A DNA stretch of 63,952 bases, counting the filler, from Phoronis australis (taxonomy: Eukaryota > Animalia > Phoronida): NCBI GenBank assembly GCA_002633005.1. It is 9 parts of 9 records of this genome, joined end to end, with 100 filler letters (N's around TTAATTAATTAA, not from the genome) between each part and the next. Parts side by side here need not be neighbours in the genome. Positions count along the whole stretch, not along the records: positions 33,816 to 38,752 come from NMRA01002452.1; positions 38,853 to 44,400 come from NMRA01002316.1; positions 44,501 to 58,427 come from NMRA01000818.1; 6 more parts are not named here. The stretch is one strand, 5' to 3'. Below the pieces are notes generated by a model. It ran no database searches and was not told the DNA's origin. It was given only the letters and a program-made list of their open reading frames with translations. Positions within the stretch are counted from its first letter, which is position 1; every line of letters starts with the position of its first letter. This document shows, in pieces, positions 38,010-50,699 of the stretch. The position numbers and the translations under genes were made by a program.

Positions 38010-38279
38010 CGTGGGCGCACCCGGGGGGCGCACCCAGAGGAGGCTTGAACGACCCCCCCAATTTCGCGAATTGGGCAAAAAGGTCCGCCTCTGTGAAGCA
38101 AAAAGTCCGAATAAACGAGACAAAAGGTCCACAAAGTCCACAGGAATTCGGCACGGATGCACAATTCGTAGGCCTGAACCTAGTGGCCCCGTTTTTTTAG
38201 TCCTCGATAGGTTTTTTTCAGTAAAAGGTCCGCCTATCGAAGAATTCGAGCCTCCCTATATTTTAGGCAGGCGCGCATG
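38010..38279. mobile_element. hAT-like MITE (c[a/g]tgggcgcaccc family); degenerate relative at ~43422-43572
   Basis: Flanks caggg/cagag (4/5 match); internal aaaggtcc and aattcgagcc blocks shared with 43422-43572. Confidence 0.55.
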
Positions 38280-40319
38280 CAGAGCACTGCGTTGTTGCGT
38301 TGTTGTGCTCCTGGTTCCATGGCGTCGTAGTTCATGCAGGTCACAGCCTTGTCTGTCTGGCCTAGCTGGCATGAACCATGCAATAGCCGAGACCACGTGT
38401 CCAAAATTCCTAGCAAGTGTAAAAATACTGATTCGTACATACGCAGGCGCGTTCTCTATCTCACAGAAACGTTGATAACTTTATCCAGACAGCGGTTATC
38501 TGTTCATCATCAAAAATTTCACAATCGTGATTTTTTTGACCGTCTAGTTCTGGAGTGCCGAGATCTGGAGCCTTATCGGTGTGAGTGACGTCATCCATTA
38601 AGCCGCAGACGAGACACACAAAAAAGGAAAAAGCATCTGGACTGAGAGAAACAGGATACGCTGTAATGGTCTGGAAATAACTCGCGGCCACATTACAAAA
38701 TCTCTGGCGCTGAGTCTAGCTGTTGTGGCCTTCGTGTGCTTAGTATATTCTANNNNNNNNNNNNNNNNNNNNNNNNNNNNNNNNNNNNNNNNNNNNTTAA
38801 TTAATTAANNNNNNNNNNNNNNNNNNNNNNNNNNNNNNNNNNNNNNNNNNNNCTTAGTACGAGCGTCTGCCGGGACCGCTTGGGCGCCAACAACGAGACC
38901 GATCAGTGCCGCAGTGCGATATGAAAGATATTGTCGGGGATATTTCGTAATAAGGGTTTCTTACGTGAAAAATAAATATGTTTTCCTGAACAAAGTATAG
39001 TACGTTGATCGTGCATTAATAGAAATACCACTGTTTTGTGACGTTTTATCACGTGTTCTGCCGTGGTCCGAAAGTTTGTTCGGTTCATCCCAAACTGTTA
39101 GCCAATGTCTTCAAAGATTGATTCTGCACTGTCCAATGTTCACGCGACGTGCAAGTCATCGGGAGTGCTGTTCCCGGTTAGTGCTTTTTTAACTTGATTT
39201 GGCAACAACCAAATAACGGTCAGATTTAAAGGAGTGGCTTATGTTTGCTAGCTATGAAGCTATCTGCTCAGAAGTGTAAAAACTCAGCTTGCATGCTTAC
39301 GTTGGAAATTCCAGCGGTTGCATTTTGCGACTTGATACGAACTGGCAAAAATCTTAGCTCGCACATCCAAATATCAGGTTCTTTGTGTTCCACTATGTCA
39401 CAGAAAATGGCACAGTTTGTATTTTCCGTTGCAATATGGCGTTACGATATCGCGGCACTTCAATATAGCGACGTGTAAGTCAATGTTAAGAATATAGCTA
39501 TTATAATTGTAAACAAGAATTTAGACCATATTGTTGTTCAGATTGGTTTGGATCTTGCAAATTTCTCTTCAAAAGGTCGTCCGCTGTCGGCTACCTATTT
39601 CCCGCCTTTCAAGGATACTTATCTACTTTATATTTTCAGATGGTTTCAACCACAGGCGCTCGGATTTCCAGATCACTCATAACCATATATAAGAAACATG
39701 TAGTAGTGAGTGACGTCATTTTCGATCGAGGAACAGATAAACCCAAGCGCCTGTGGTTTCAACCTACGTTCAACATCACATTTGCAATGGCGATACGTTT
39801 TTGTGTATGTCCGACGAAGCGTGTTTAACACCACAACATAACGTACAAATTGACATTAAAGATAAAACAGCAGCCGAACTCAAGGTCTTCTTTTAAAGGA
39901 ATAACTACTTCAAGTTAAAGTAGATTTGTAGAAACGTACTTAAAACGAGTTGCTGATATTATTTTTCTTTTAGTAGAAAACATAAACTGGGTGGTCTGAT
40001 AACTGCTAACCAGAAACTCCTATTTTGTGATTAACAGCTCTAAAGAAAAAGCAACCGAAAACTTTAGCAAGCCTCAGGATTTTGACGAAATTTCCAAGAG
40101 GTTTTGCCCATGTCATAAACCTGAGACTCGCGTAGGATTCTCTCTATCTTACTCGTAACATATGTCGATCACAAATAAGGATTCGTTTTCTAGGATAATT
40201 ATCTGAGTCATTATTATAATTGTCTTATATTTATGTTGCAAGAAAAATTGTCACTGGAGACCGCACTCAGTATATAGTTGCAAAGCGAATACGTACTTCA
40301 GATTAGCCGTACACTTTAC

Positions 40320-41267
40320 TCAGGTTTTGGCGACCTTCACCGAAATCGTTCCGTCGACGACAACTTCATGTGGAAGTTCCCGCATTCTGAAAACTTTCAA
40401 AGGTTTCGTCTTTATTGTAGTAACTTGAGGTGTCGTAGCTTGTGCTGTAATGTCCCCCCTATCCCCAATGAAGTACTCTTTTCCTAACGTGTCATACACA
40501 ATACTCCAATCTTGAAAGCTACCTTGGTCGTCAACATCCATGTTTTCCATGCCGGAACTTTCACTTTCTAAAACATGGAGACTTTGCTCCAGATGTTTGT
40601 CAAGTGACGCGGGTTGATAGAGGTCTTCATCATCTATGTATTCTAAATTGACAACTGGTTTGGGTGAACGATTCCACATCCCACTGCCATGAAAACTCAT
40701 GGGCTCCAACGGCAACTCCTGCGTTAAATCTTTGATACAATCGGCTCTATCTACAGAAATTTTAGAATTTGTAGAGCTCCTAGAAGTAATAGCGGAGCCA
40801 CTAAAATAACCTTTACTCGACATAGTTGATTCTTTACTCGGTCCTCTGCCAATCCCTGTCGTCTTATAACACACATGCCCAACGTGGGAATCAACGACGC
40901 CGTGCTCGTCAGCAAATCGTCTACGAGTGACATTTTCTTTGTAACCACTGGCGGTAGGCTCACGTGATACATCCTTCCTAAGCCAATCAACACATTCTTT
41001 CACCGAGCCGACATGTAGTTGCCGACACTCAAGGATCTCGCCTATGCTATACTCTTGACGGAGAGTAGCATAAACATCTCTAACTAAATTAAGTTCACAA
41101 TAAGCTATTAATAGACCTACCGCCACATCCAAAATTACCTCTTTATTTACCGCGGGCCTTTCAAGCTTAAGGACACCGTCCCTTTCCGTGTAACCCATGA
41201 GATTAAATACCGAAACTGGGTCTTTAAGGACAGATTTTATGTAGATATTATAGTACCCACCATACGT
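40320..41267 (-). CDS. SPATA2: SPATA2-like protein, large exon with the C-terminal half of the PUB domain and a low-complexity tail
   Basis: Acceptor ttttctttcag, then TYGGYYNIYIKSVL...MGYT...LLIAYCE, resembling SPATA2 TYTG.F.YYVKS.L...MGYT...LFLAKVEC; 315 open codons to TGA. True 3' end uncertain. Confidence 0.75.
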   Translation of the reverse strand, partial: TYGGYYNIYIKSVLKDPVSVFNLMGYTERDGVLKLERPAVNKEVILDVAVGLLIAYCELNLVRDVYATLRQEYSIGEILECRQLHVGSVKECVDWLRKDVSREPTASGYKENVTRRRFADEHGVVDSHVGHVCYKTTGIGRGPSKESTMSSKGYFSGSAITSRSSTNSKISVDRADCIKDLTQELPLEPMSFHGSGMWNRSPKPVVNLEYIDDEDLYQPASLDKHLEQSLHVLESESSGMENMDVDDQGSFQDWSIVYDTLGKEYFIGDRGDITAQATTPQVTTIKTKPLKVFRMRELPHEVVVDGTISVKVAKT

Positions 41268-41672
41268 CTGAAAGAAAATTGAAACTATTCAAAACTGTTA
41301 CCAATAAGGAAAGTGTGAAGCCGGCATTCTTACCAATGCCTTTTTACGTAATAGCGAGGACATCAATAATTTGCAACGACAGGAGACTAAACTTTGTTGG
41401 TGACCAGATTGCAATACAGGCAGTGACAAAGGCGTTAGCAATTTGTGACTACGCAAGGGTCGCTGGTGATCGTGTCCGCGAGGGAGCACATAATGCTATG
41501 TCTAATTAAAATGTGAATATGCAAATGAAGTAAAAGTTTACAATCAACCCCGGGTCTTCCGGTGTGCCGAAAACCATCCGAGAATAAGTTACCATTACAA
41601 TCTCGCGAAAGTCTCCTTTTGCAAGATTAATTTTTTGTAAATGAGTATGGTAATATTTCATCGTTACCTTAA

Positions 41673-42910
41673 AGGCGAAGGCAACCTTTTTCCATGTCAT
41701 TTTGAGCTAAAATAAGGTTGGTTGGTTATCCTAGACATATTTTCCACTTAATTACAGCTTTTCGTAATTTTATTAATTACTCGTCCGCTACTGCGGAAGT
41801 GACGTTTTAGGAGGCAAGCATTTCGCGCCAATTTCTTTTCATATAGTCTGACTGTGAGAGCTGCCGAGTCAGTCATTGTTCTACCTCGGTTGTGTTAAGT
41901 TCCGTCGTCGTTTGCTTTCATTTACTAGTCAGTCAACATGCCACACTGTTGCTGCGTACCGGAATGTACTAGTTATCGGCTCACGCGCGCTTTGGGAGTA
42001 CCTTTNNNNNNNNNNNNNNNNNNNNNNNNNNNNNNNNNNNNNNNNNNNNNNNNNNNNNNNNNNNNNNNNNNNNNNNNNNNNNNNNNNNNNNNNNNNNNNN
42101 NNNNNNNNNNNNNNNNNNNNNNNNNNNNNNNNNNNNNNNNNNNNNNNNNNNNNNNNNNNNNNNNNNNNNNNNNNNNNNNNNNNNNNNNNNNNNNNNNNNN
42201 NNNNNNNNNNNNNNNNNNNNNNNNNNNNNNNNNNNNNNNNNNNNNNNNNNNNNNNNNNNNNNNNNNNNNNNNNNNNNNNNNNNNNNNNNNNNNNNNNNNN
42301 NNNNNNNNNNNNNNNNNNNNNNNNNNNNNNNNNNNNNNNNNNNNNNNNNNNNNNNNNNNNNNNNNNNNNNNNNNNNNNNNNNNNNNNNNNNNNNNNNNNN
42401 NNNNNNNNNNNNNNNNNNNNNNNNNNNNNNNNNNNNNNNNNNNNNNNNNNNNNNNNNNNNNNNNNNNNNNNNNNNNNNNNNNNNNNNNNNNNNNNNNNNN
42501 NNNNNNNNNNNNNNNNNNNNNNNNNNNNNNNNNNNNNNNNNNNNNNNNNNNNNNNNNNNNNNNNNNNNNNNNNNNNNNNNNNNNNNNNNNNNNNNNNNNN
42601 NNNNNNNNNNNNNNNNNNNNNNNNNNNNNNNNNNNNNNNNNNNNNNNNNNNNNNNNNNNNNNNNNNNNNNNNNNNNNNNNNNNNNNNNNNNNNNNNNNNN
42701 NNNNNNNNNNNNNNNNNNNNNNNNNNNNNNNNNNNNNNNNNNNNNNNNNNNNNNNNNNNNNNNNNNNNNNNNNNNNAACGTCACTTCCGCAGTAGCGGAC
42801 GAGTAATTAATAAATTTACGAAAAGCTGTAATTAAGTGGAAAATATGTCTAGGATAACCAACCAACCTTATTTTAGCTCAAAATGACATGGAAAAAGGTT
42901 GCCTTCGCCT
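41673..42910. mobile_element. Kolobok-like THAP element with long TIRs and TTAA TSD (interior is a 771-N gap)
   Basis: ttaa|aggcgaaggcaacc...ggttgccttcgcct|ttaa; >130 bp visible inverted identity; THAP start MPHCCCVPEC at 41938. Confidence 0.85.
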
Positions 42911-45213
42911 TTAATGAAACAAGGCACAGATTTTACTACTTGTTTATTTCACTATCAAATATGGTACTACTTGGAATTATGTTTTTTATAAGTTAACACT
43001 TGTTTTTAAGTGTATCAGTTGCGGTGTTTTTTTAAACCCCAAATTATTTACAAAATCTTTCTTTTCCTGATTATACTCGTACACGTAGTTCTCCAGCAAG
43101 TCACTAGGTAGCGCTTGATACAAACTTAAATATTCACAGTTTTAATGAGACACAGCATCTTTAACCACAACGATTTCTTCCTTCCTGACGGCTAGAACTG
43201 CTATATCAAAACCACATGGGGGACGCGCAAAAGAACTGCCAAAATTATTTAAGTGCATGAAATCACCAACTCCACACCAAAAACATAAGACAATCAGACA
43301 GTCAAACCTCCGCAAACAGTGTTTGATAATAAGTGACTTGGTTCATTTCGTGTTACGAGCATTTATTGGTCGATACACACGTACCAAGAAGAATCGGGAA
43401 ACGATCACAGCATTAGTCATCCATGGGCGCACACGGGGGGGGGGGCGGGGAGTCCACCAAAAAATCGGCGGAGAATGCACAATTCACAGCTTTGAGTGTA
43501 CCTCGATTTTTTTTAGCAAAAGGTCCACATTCTCAAAAATTCGAGCCCCTCATTGTTTAGGCTGGGTGCATATTTTCGAGAGTGTTTAGTGTCAAAAGTC
43601 GTCGTCGATATTGCAGCGCGTTTTCCGTGATTCGTAGTATAATAAAGAATAGCGAGGCGTTGCGTTTCAGGTGGTTGTGACAACTTGGTATTTGACCACA
43701 CTGTGTCTCTGGCATTTTTTCTCGGGACATCAGTGAACCGCGGATAGGGCACATGTTTGTACAAGAAACTCGTGTGTTGGTGGACATGGCACACTGGCGA
43801 GGGGTACGTTCATACTTCACACTCTTGTCTGTGGAGTTAAGAAATATTCCATTTAAGGTCCCTTTTTCCTATTGTCTCTGTTTTGGGATATTAAATTCAC
43901 GGTTGTGATATGGTAGTGCTCTAAAGGAAGGCTTAATGTAGTTATTTGTCAAAACAAGGTAAATGGCAGTTTAACACACTTTCATGCAGTTCCTTTTTCA
44001 CCGAGAACTGAAATGCTTGTTTTACAAACTGCAATTTTATTCTTGTGAGCGCAGCACGACTTTTCTCATAAACAATCAGCATTGCTCGCGGTACTGTATA
44101 CTCTAAATTAACCATGTGAAACAGTTAAGATTAGAACATCTACGACTAACTGCAAAAGTGATATACCATAATCCCATGATTACACCAGATGTCAAAGTCA
44201 CTTGGAGCCTGTTTCTCGAAGAGACTATTGGTTTTTAACTTTAGCTTAAAGTGAGAACTCTGACTACAAATTTCCAAAAGTTCTAGTTGATCTTTTGTGT
44301 TTTGCGTTCCTCGAAACTTTTCAGTAAATTGTCTTCTGTCAAGTCGAGCAGATAATGGATTTCTGTTTTTTTTTTTTTGTCTCCGAGTTGCAGACAGATT
44401 NNNNNNNNNNNNNNNNNNNNNNNNNNNNNNNNNNNNNNNNNNNNTTAATTAATTAANNNNNNNNNNNNNNNNNNNNNNNNNNNNNNNNNNNNNNNNNNNN
44501 ATTTTCAAAAATTAATCGCTCAGACCATTTGAGTCTCATTTACCTGCAATTATACTGCTATCAAATGACCGAGCCAGCATTGTTGATACTACGACCGCTC
44601 ATCGAAATAATGTACACCCACGAAATTCGGACACTAGCGGAAACCCAAATTTGGAGGTCCGTCAAATTCGGACACCACAAAACGATATTTCGCGAGATTC
44701 GTCCAAGAATGATTTTTTTCTATTGGAATTAATTTTCAGTGTCCGAAAATCACGCGACTTTACCGTAGTTCAATCCACAAATAATTATGATCAACATTTT
44801 CAATGGAGCATATGTTGTCATAATACACAATGACATTGTGACACACTTCAGTCTCAAATTGTGATTGAATACACTCGCACTTAAGCGTTGTTAATCAATA
44901 ATTAAGCACAAACCCTGTTCATGATAATTTGCTCACAAACCGTGGAAGTACTTCTGATTTTACCTTTGACGACTCCAATATCTTCCACAAAGTTTTTTTC
45001 ACAAGTCATGAACATTGAGGGACAAAATTTTTCTCCGCTCACTGGTCGTGATCAGGATGTTTTAGACCAAATAAATGTGAGTCAACACCGCTTTACAACT
45101 TCCTGTTTATGCACCATCAGCCACAAGTATGATGAGTGTGTTTGGTTTAATGAACATGAGTCAAAGCCATTTCAGTTCAAAAGGGCAAGGAGAGTTACAA
45201 GTCAGTCATTTAC

Positions 45214-45336
45214 CTTCTTTACACGTTCCACTTTTATTTCTCGTTTCATATAGCAGTCACGCTTCACCTCAGAGACAACCTCTACATTGAAGACACCAAT
45301 TATTTCTTGCTTTGTGGGCCAGTATTGTACACATGT
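45214..45336 (-). CDS. Receptor-type PTP, D2 exon (TCVQYWPTKQ...KVERVKK); last exon visible
   Basis: ccacag/gtaaat bounded, 123 bp, phase 0-0; C.QYWP motif. Confidence 0.88.
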
Positions 45337-46429
45337 CTGTGGAAACACAATTATACATCGAAGGCTAATACAAGTGTCCGTGGATTTCAAAAGTTATTCC
45401 ATGAAAGTGGATGTTATGTTTAGACGTAAATAAGCCACATTTTGCGGTGTGAGGAATACAAATGGCCACAGAAGAGTGACAGTTCACCAGCAGTATCGCA
45501 TGTTTGATGCGCTAAGTCCAAATAAAGTGTAACATGTCACACATTCAATTCCCAAAAGACTTGTGACCACCAAACTTTTACTCAGTCATAAGAACCTCAA
45601 GACTGTGTACTTAGCCAAATATCTCAACAACTTGACTTGAATCCAGTAAAAGTACATATTCTGAATGTAGAAAGTTTCCAGAATTTTATTTTTCACTTTT
45701 TTGTCAATCTGCCATTAATTGGGTTAAGTAAAACTTGAGTTTCTTTGTCAGGTATTTTTCCAAACAGCCATTCGAGTTGAAAATATTAATTTCTAAAGAA
45801 AGTTGGTTGCAATTAAAGTGCAGGACATTACAAAGACTATAAATGCCATAATGAAGTAGAACTAGTACCATTATAAGTTAATCTACAGTACTGGGATGAT
45901 ACAGTGTTCAGGAAAAATACAATAATTTACAATTATTTACACCCAATGCATTAATAAAATACTAGATGGTCCAATGTGTTTTAAATCTTTTAGTATGATA
46001 TATCCAATAAATCTATTAGTATGATATCGTATTTGCCCTAATAAGCGCTCAGCGCTTAGAAAAATTCGCTTCAGGAGGGGGGCACTTGTAGCCCAAAGCA
46101 ATTGAAACCTGGTCTCCGAACCAGGTGAAATCGTGAGCTAGAATTCATAAAAGTTACGCTCTGTGACTCCTCTGTAACCTATGACAGAGTTTCTACAAAA
46201 TTGCAGTGCATTGCTATCAAACTGTTGTTAAATTATGAGCACTTTTCAGAATATCCCAGTGCGAAAACTCACTGACTGATGCGTCGCTGCCTCATGATAG
46301 TCGATAGGTCAACTTGAATTCTTGAGTAAAAATATAGTTTCGATTCAACAAATTACCTGAAGCCCTCCTTAAGTTTTCAAACTAGCATCCCTAAGATTTT
46401 TAAGTTCCTGCGGAGTCGGGATTAACAGC

Positions 46430-46594
46430 ATATTAAATCCTGTTAAGTACTGTTTAATTTAATGTATCTTAATTTAATCAGTTTATCTATCTTAATTTAG
46501 TTAATTAAACTTTGCTGCAGAGGACCATGCTGGATATTAGCCTTTGGCTAAAGCCTGTATTATATCTATTGTATTTTATCCTCTATAAATAAAG

Positions 46595-46625
<31 letters not shown>
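46430..46625 (+). mobile_element. Probable LINE 3' end with AATAAA and (TTA)n tail
   Basis: Short stem ttagcctttggctaa, then aataaagttt followed by (att)n. The 5' boundary is approximate. Confidence 0.45.
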
Positions 46626-46626
<1 letters not shown>

Positions 46627-47350
46627 AAGTCTGCACTAGATCGTACTCCGCAACACAAAAAAAATCTCTGGACGAACACACATGTTGTTGTCACGTGATG
46701 TTTTTTGAAGTTCACGTGCGTGTCATCCGATGAGAGTTCATTTGCCAGAGTAAACGCGATATAATGATCTAGGTATTCCTAACTGAGGAAATTATCACAA
46801 GCAGTAAAGCACGTGTTTTATTTAGCACTTGTTGATCTCATCCACTAATAATGCGTCCACAAATAAATATGTGGGCGCATAAAAAATGTTCGAGAATTGT
46901 CTCGGTAAGGCCGATGTTATTGAGTAGCCGGGTGACTGGATGCAAGACAGTCTAACAGTTATTTTTCGGGAGATTCGGGGGGTGTAAGTGTGCGGACGCG
47001 TTCACCATAGCGGGTCACTTTGACTTTGAAAACACCAATTACGATTAATTTAATAATTCCCCATTAAAAATAATGCAAACTTTTTTACGGAATTAGAAAC
47101 TTTCGGAAATAAGTGCCAGTACCGTTATTTCTTGCCGATGCTATGCTACCCGTTTCATGAATAGATAGTCCCTGAAGACTAATCTTCGATGACAGGTACT
47201 TGTAGCGCGCTCTATATAAAAATAATTGCAGGCGGTCTCTACACGTTGTACCAGACGTGCGCAGGCCTCGCCTGGAAACATGTTTATGCTTTATTAATAT
47301 ATGGTTAAAACCGAGCTGAGGAGCTAGAAAGCTGGCTCAAGGGTTTAGCA

Positions 47351-47424
47351 GTGTGACATAGTGGGACTTGAACCCACGACCTCGAGTAAAGAAAGTGGGC
47401 AATTATCAACCAGGCCACACTGCC
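47351..47424 (-). mobile_element. tRNA-derived SINE head / tRNA pseudogene
   Basis: Minus strand ggcagtgTGGCCTGGTTGa...GGTTCAAGTCCcac has Pol III A- and B-box-like motifs but no intact cloverleaf. Confidence 0.65.
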
Positions 47425-47479
47425 TCCTGATTCGTGCTTGCGTTCTTTTTGAAGGCTATAGTCAAGGATAAATACTGAC

Positions 47480-48200
47480 ATAGCGGCGAGGCTCGTGGTC
47501 TACAACTTCCACGCACAATGACTTTTTCAGGGTGAATATGGTATATCCAATAAATCCTTTTCTGAAAAGTGATTTTACAGATTTGATTGCTGGAAAATAC
47601 TTCAAAAATGAGATCTAATAAAAAATCTTACAATATTCTCATATGTGTAAAAAGTATTTTGCTCATAAAACAAGACATTTATCAGTAGAAAGCCTTTCTC
47701 ACCAATTTTGATTAAACACAGTAAGTTCTTCTACACTGGAATGTTAGTACTACGAATAACATAAACACAAAGTTTTTGAGAAAGAAAATTGAACCAGTTT
47801 TGTAATGTTTCAATCCAAAAGGTACTTTTAAATTTTTAAGTGTTTTACCGTTACAGTACTTAACATACATTGATAGTTTTTTAACACTTTGGCCTGTTTC
47901 AAGCTCAAATATTTTCACCCATTTTGAATCAGTGGAAATTAATCTTGCGATCCAACTTAGCAACACCCACACATAATGCTTTTTGGGATTAACTATTATT
48001 ATTACTGTACATTGTTTTTAGTAATAAACACTAACAAATTAAAGTTAGCTAGCTTTAAAGCTACGTTAGAGTGAGCAAAGTTTAACATTATTTACACATT
48101 AAATGAAGAATAATATACATACCTCTGTCCTATTGAATAAACATCTATTTTTATTTTCTCTATTTCGTTCATTCTAAATAAATTTAAAACACTCTGTATT
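47480..48200 (-). pseudogene. Degraded L1/Tx1-type ORF2 C-terminal remnant
   Basis: LSWIARLI...KWVKIF and EKG..LIN.L resemble post-RT Tx1 segments; many stops. Confidence 0.45.
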
Positions 48201-48315
48201 CAGTTACACTGAAATATAAGACAGAAAGCTGTGTAGTGCCATTAATGTGTGATTTTAGAAATCAGCAAAAATTTCAAAACAAACTTTTCTCCAAAGGATC
48301 CTCTAGAGCTTACTG

Positions 48316-48819
48316 CAGGGCTTGGAATGACCAATGGCGAAAAAAGCGGAAATTTTTACGGCCCGAAACATGAGCGCAGCCAGCCTTGAAAATGTCGGTG
48401 TAGACCTTTTGCCGAAAAAATCGAGACTAAAAAAGAAAAAAAAACGGTACCACCTCCGGAAGCGTGCGTCTGTGTCTGTCTTAGCTCGTCCGCCACTCCC
48501 ACCTCAAACAATTTTGGCTGCAGAGTCGTAGTATTTGTCACCGCGGTTTACAATCACACGAGCCGCCATTAAGGAAATCCACCACGCTATCCCAGATGCC
48601 CCGGCAATGTTGACAATTTACGTTCCTCCGAAACATAAACAGCAACTTCCGCTTTTCGATGTGAAAGTCGTCTGCAACGCGGCGGTAAGAAACACATTTG
48701 CTGCGGAAATTTTATATCAAATCCGATTTTTTTTTTTACGCGGAAATATAATAAAATACGCGGACAGATCATTTCAAAAAAGCGGAAATCCGCGTTTCCG
48801 CGGAAAATTCCAAGCCCTG
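48316..48819. mobile_element. ~500-bp hAT-like MITE with 6-bp TSD, copy 1
   Basis: ttactg|cagggcttggaa...ttccaagccctg|ttactg; homologous along its length to 62768-63272. Confidence 0.92.
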
Positions 48820-49114
48820 TTACTGTGAGCATGCTATCAATTTCACTTAATTTCTGAACCACGGAGTTATTGATTTTTTTAACTTTTCAGAACATCCACT
48901 AATTTTAGATGGACAAATACATAAAATTGTATTTATAGCTATCAGTACAGCAATATGAGAAACCCAATGGGGTAAAAACAAGGCTGAAAAATACGTACCG
49001 AATGGGAAGCATTGTGGGTAATGTGGAGAGCAGACGGTTTGCAGGGTGTAGCAGTCGTGAAATCAATATGAACTGTTTTAGGGACATTTTTAGGTTTGAT
49101 TCGAACATAGTATT

Positions 49115-49275
49115 CTGCACCCATACAATAACGACAGCACTCTACAGTGCACCCATACAATAATAATAGCCCTCTACAGTGTACCCATACAATAACAACA
49201 GCACTCTATAGTGTACCCATACAATAACAACAGCACTCTACAGTGTACCCATACAATAACAACAGCACTCTACAA
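49115..49275. repeat. 32-bp minisatellite x5
   Basis: gtgtacccatacaataacaacagcactctaca repeated. Confidence 0.92.
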
Positions 49276-49359
49276 GAACCATCGCATGGGTTTCTGTCAT
49301 TTACAACACACAACTGTGCAGCTGTCCATGCTTCCAAATAAACATGAAAGATGTCTTAC

Positions 49360-49479
49360 ACTATCATGTCTGTCCAGTTCATTCAGCATGACAATGACAT
49401 CAACGTCATGATCGTAGACCATTCTCCAAAAGTCAACTATGTCGTCAGGATATGGCATCTGTGTCATTATAACTTTGTC
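49360..49479 (-). CDS. Receptor-type PTP, D2 exon (DKVIMTQMPYPDDIVDFWRMVYDHDVDVIVMLN...)
   Basis: ttttcag/gtaaga bounded, 120 bp; TQ.P, DFWRMV and IVMLN motifs. Confidence 0.92.
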
Positions 49480-50616
49480 CTGAAAACCAGACAAAATAAA
49501 GATGTCAGAAGGTCAACTATCAGCACGACAGAAAGTTCTTGATTAGCATATAGTGGTTATAATGTTTGAACATTTTGTTGAGTGTAAGGAACAATGGCTG
49601 AATGTGAAGGAAGCATGTTATACCACACTGATGTATTTAGGGTGTCCTGTATTACTGCAAAGTAAAAGTGACCTAGCTGGGCTCCTCATCCTCTGAACCC
49701 TTCCTGGAATGTGGGAGAATTCCTCATTCAGTTTATTAGTTTATTTATCCGATTTGCCTGTAACCAGATATTTACATTTGAAAATTAAAGTATGCATGCG
49801 CAACGTGGGTTGTGCGTTTTTTCCGGTAACAGAAATGTGCTCGTTTTAATTTCTTAATTCTTCTGCGTGCGTTTACGCTGCTTAACCACCCATAACAGCA
49901 GACATGCAATCCACCAGGAGGCGCTGCCATAGAATGGTCCAAAAATTAATGTCAGCTACGTTCTCCTCAATAAGTACACAACAGCCATCATTTAAGATTA
50001 TTTTCAAGCACATTTGCAGGCATGGAGGCACCCACCAAAAGCAGAACAAAAATACAGGATGAAAAAGGCTGAATCACTCTGAAACAGAATAAGTGGTGCC
50101 TTTTCCTTCATACTAGCTGTCTATGCCAAATTTCATGAAGATCTAGCAAGCCTTGTAGAAATTGAAGCATACAGAAAGAAAATCTTAATTTCCTCAAGTA
50201 TGTGACAGCAGTGAGACTCGTCCAACAAATCAGAACCAGCCACGTCCTTCTTAACTGGACCACATAAAACAAATTCATGAAGGTCTATCAACGAACTGGC
50301 AGCAACAAAAAACAAAATTGCCACTGGGTGATTTTTCGAAAAGCAACGTCGAAAACGCTACCCTCAGTGGGAAGAAATGTATCAAATTTTACAAAGACAC
50401 ACCAAGAAGCTTGGTAGCTACTGAAGCAGATAAAATACAACACATCTGCAAACTCTCTTGAAGATCTTGCAAACAGATCAGGAGACACAGCAGCGGATGC
50501 CTGGACACCAGCAGAGATGGCTGCAATATGAATCCACATATTATCATGTCTAATTATATGACGTGCAAAACATAACAGAAGATACAAAACCCAATAAAAC
50601 TTCAAAAGATACTTAC

Positions 50617-50690
50617 TCCAACAAATGTAGCATTGATATAGTCCCCTCTGTCTTTCATTGGTGTCATCAAAATTGGCCGGTTAGCATTAG
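50617..50690 (-). CDS. Receptor-type PTP, D2 exon (NANRPILMTPMKDRGDYINATFVG)
   Basis: cttcag/gtaagt bounded, 74 bp, phase 1-0; DYINA motif. Confidence 0.92.
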
Positions 50691-50699
50691 CTGAAGAAT

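Noticed and set aside
41876-42865. Long 285-319 aa ORFs
   Set aside because: They run through the 771-N gap and are artefacts.
43040-43140. Coding-like CEYLSLYQALPSDLLENYVYEYNQ as a possible last PTP exon
   Set aside because: No suitable acceptor, in-frame stop just upstream, and it lies on a different segment.
44940-45105. Candidate next PTP D2 exon (WPD/HC region)
   Set aside because: All frames after the candidate acceptor hit stops and no PTP motifs are present.
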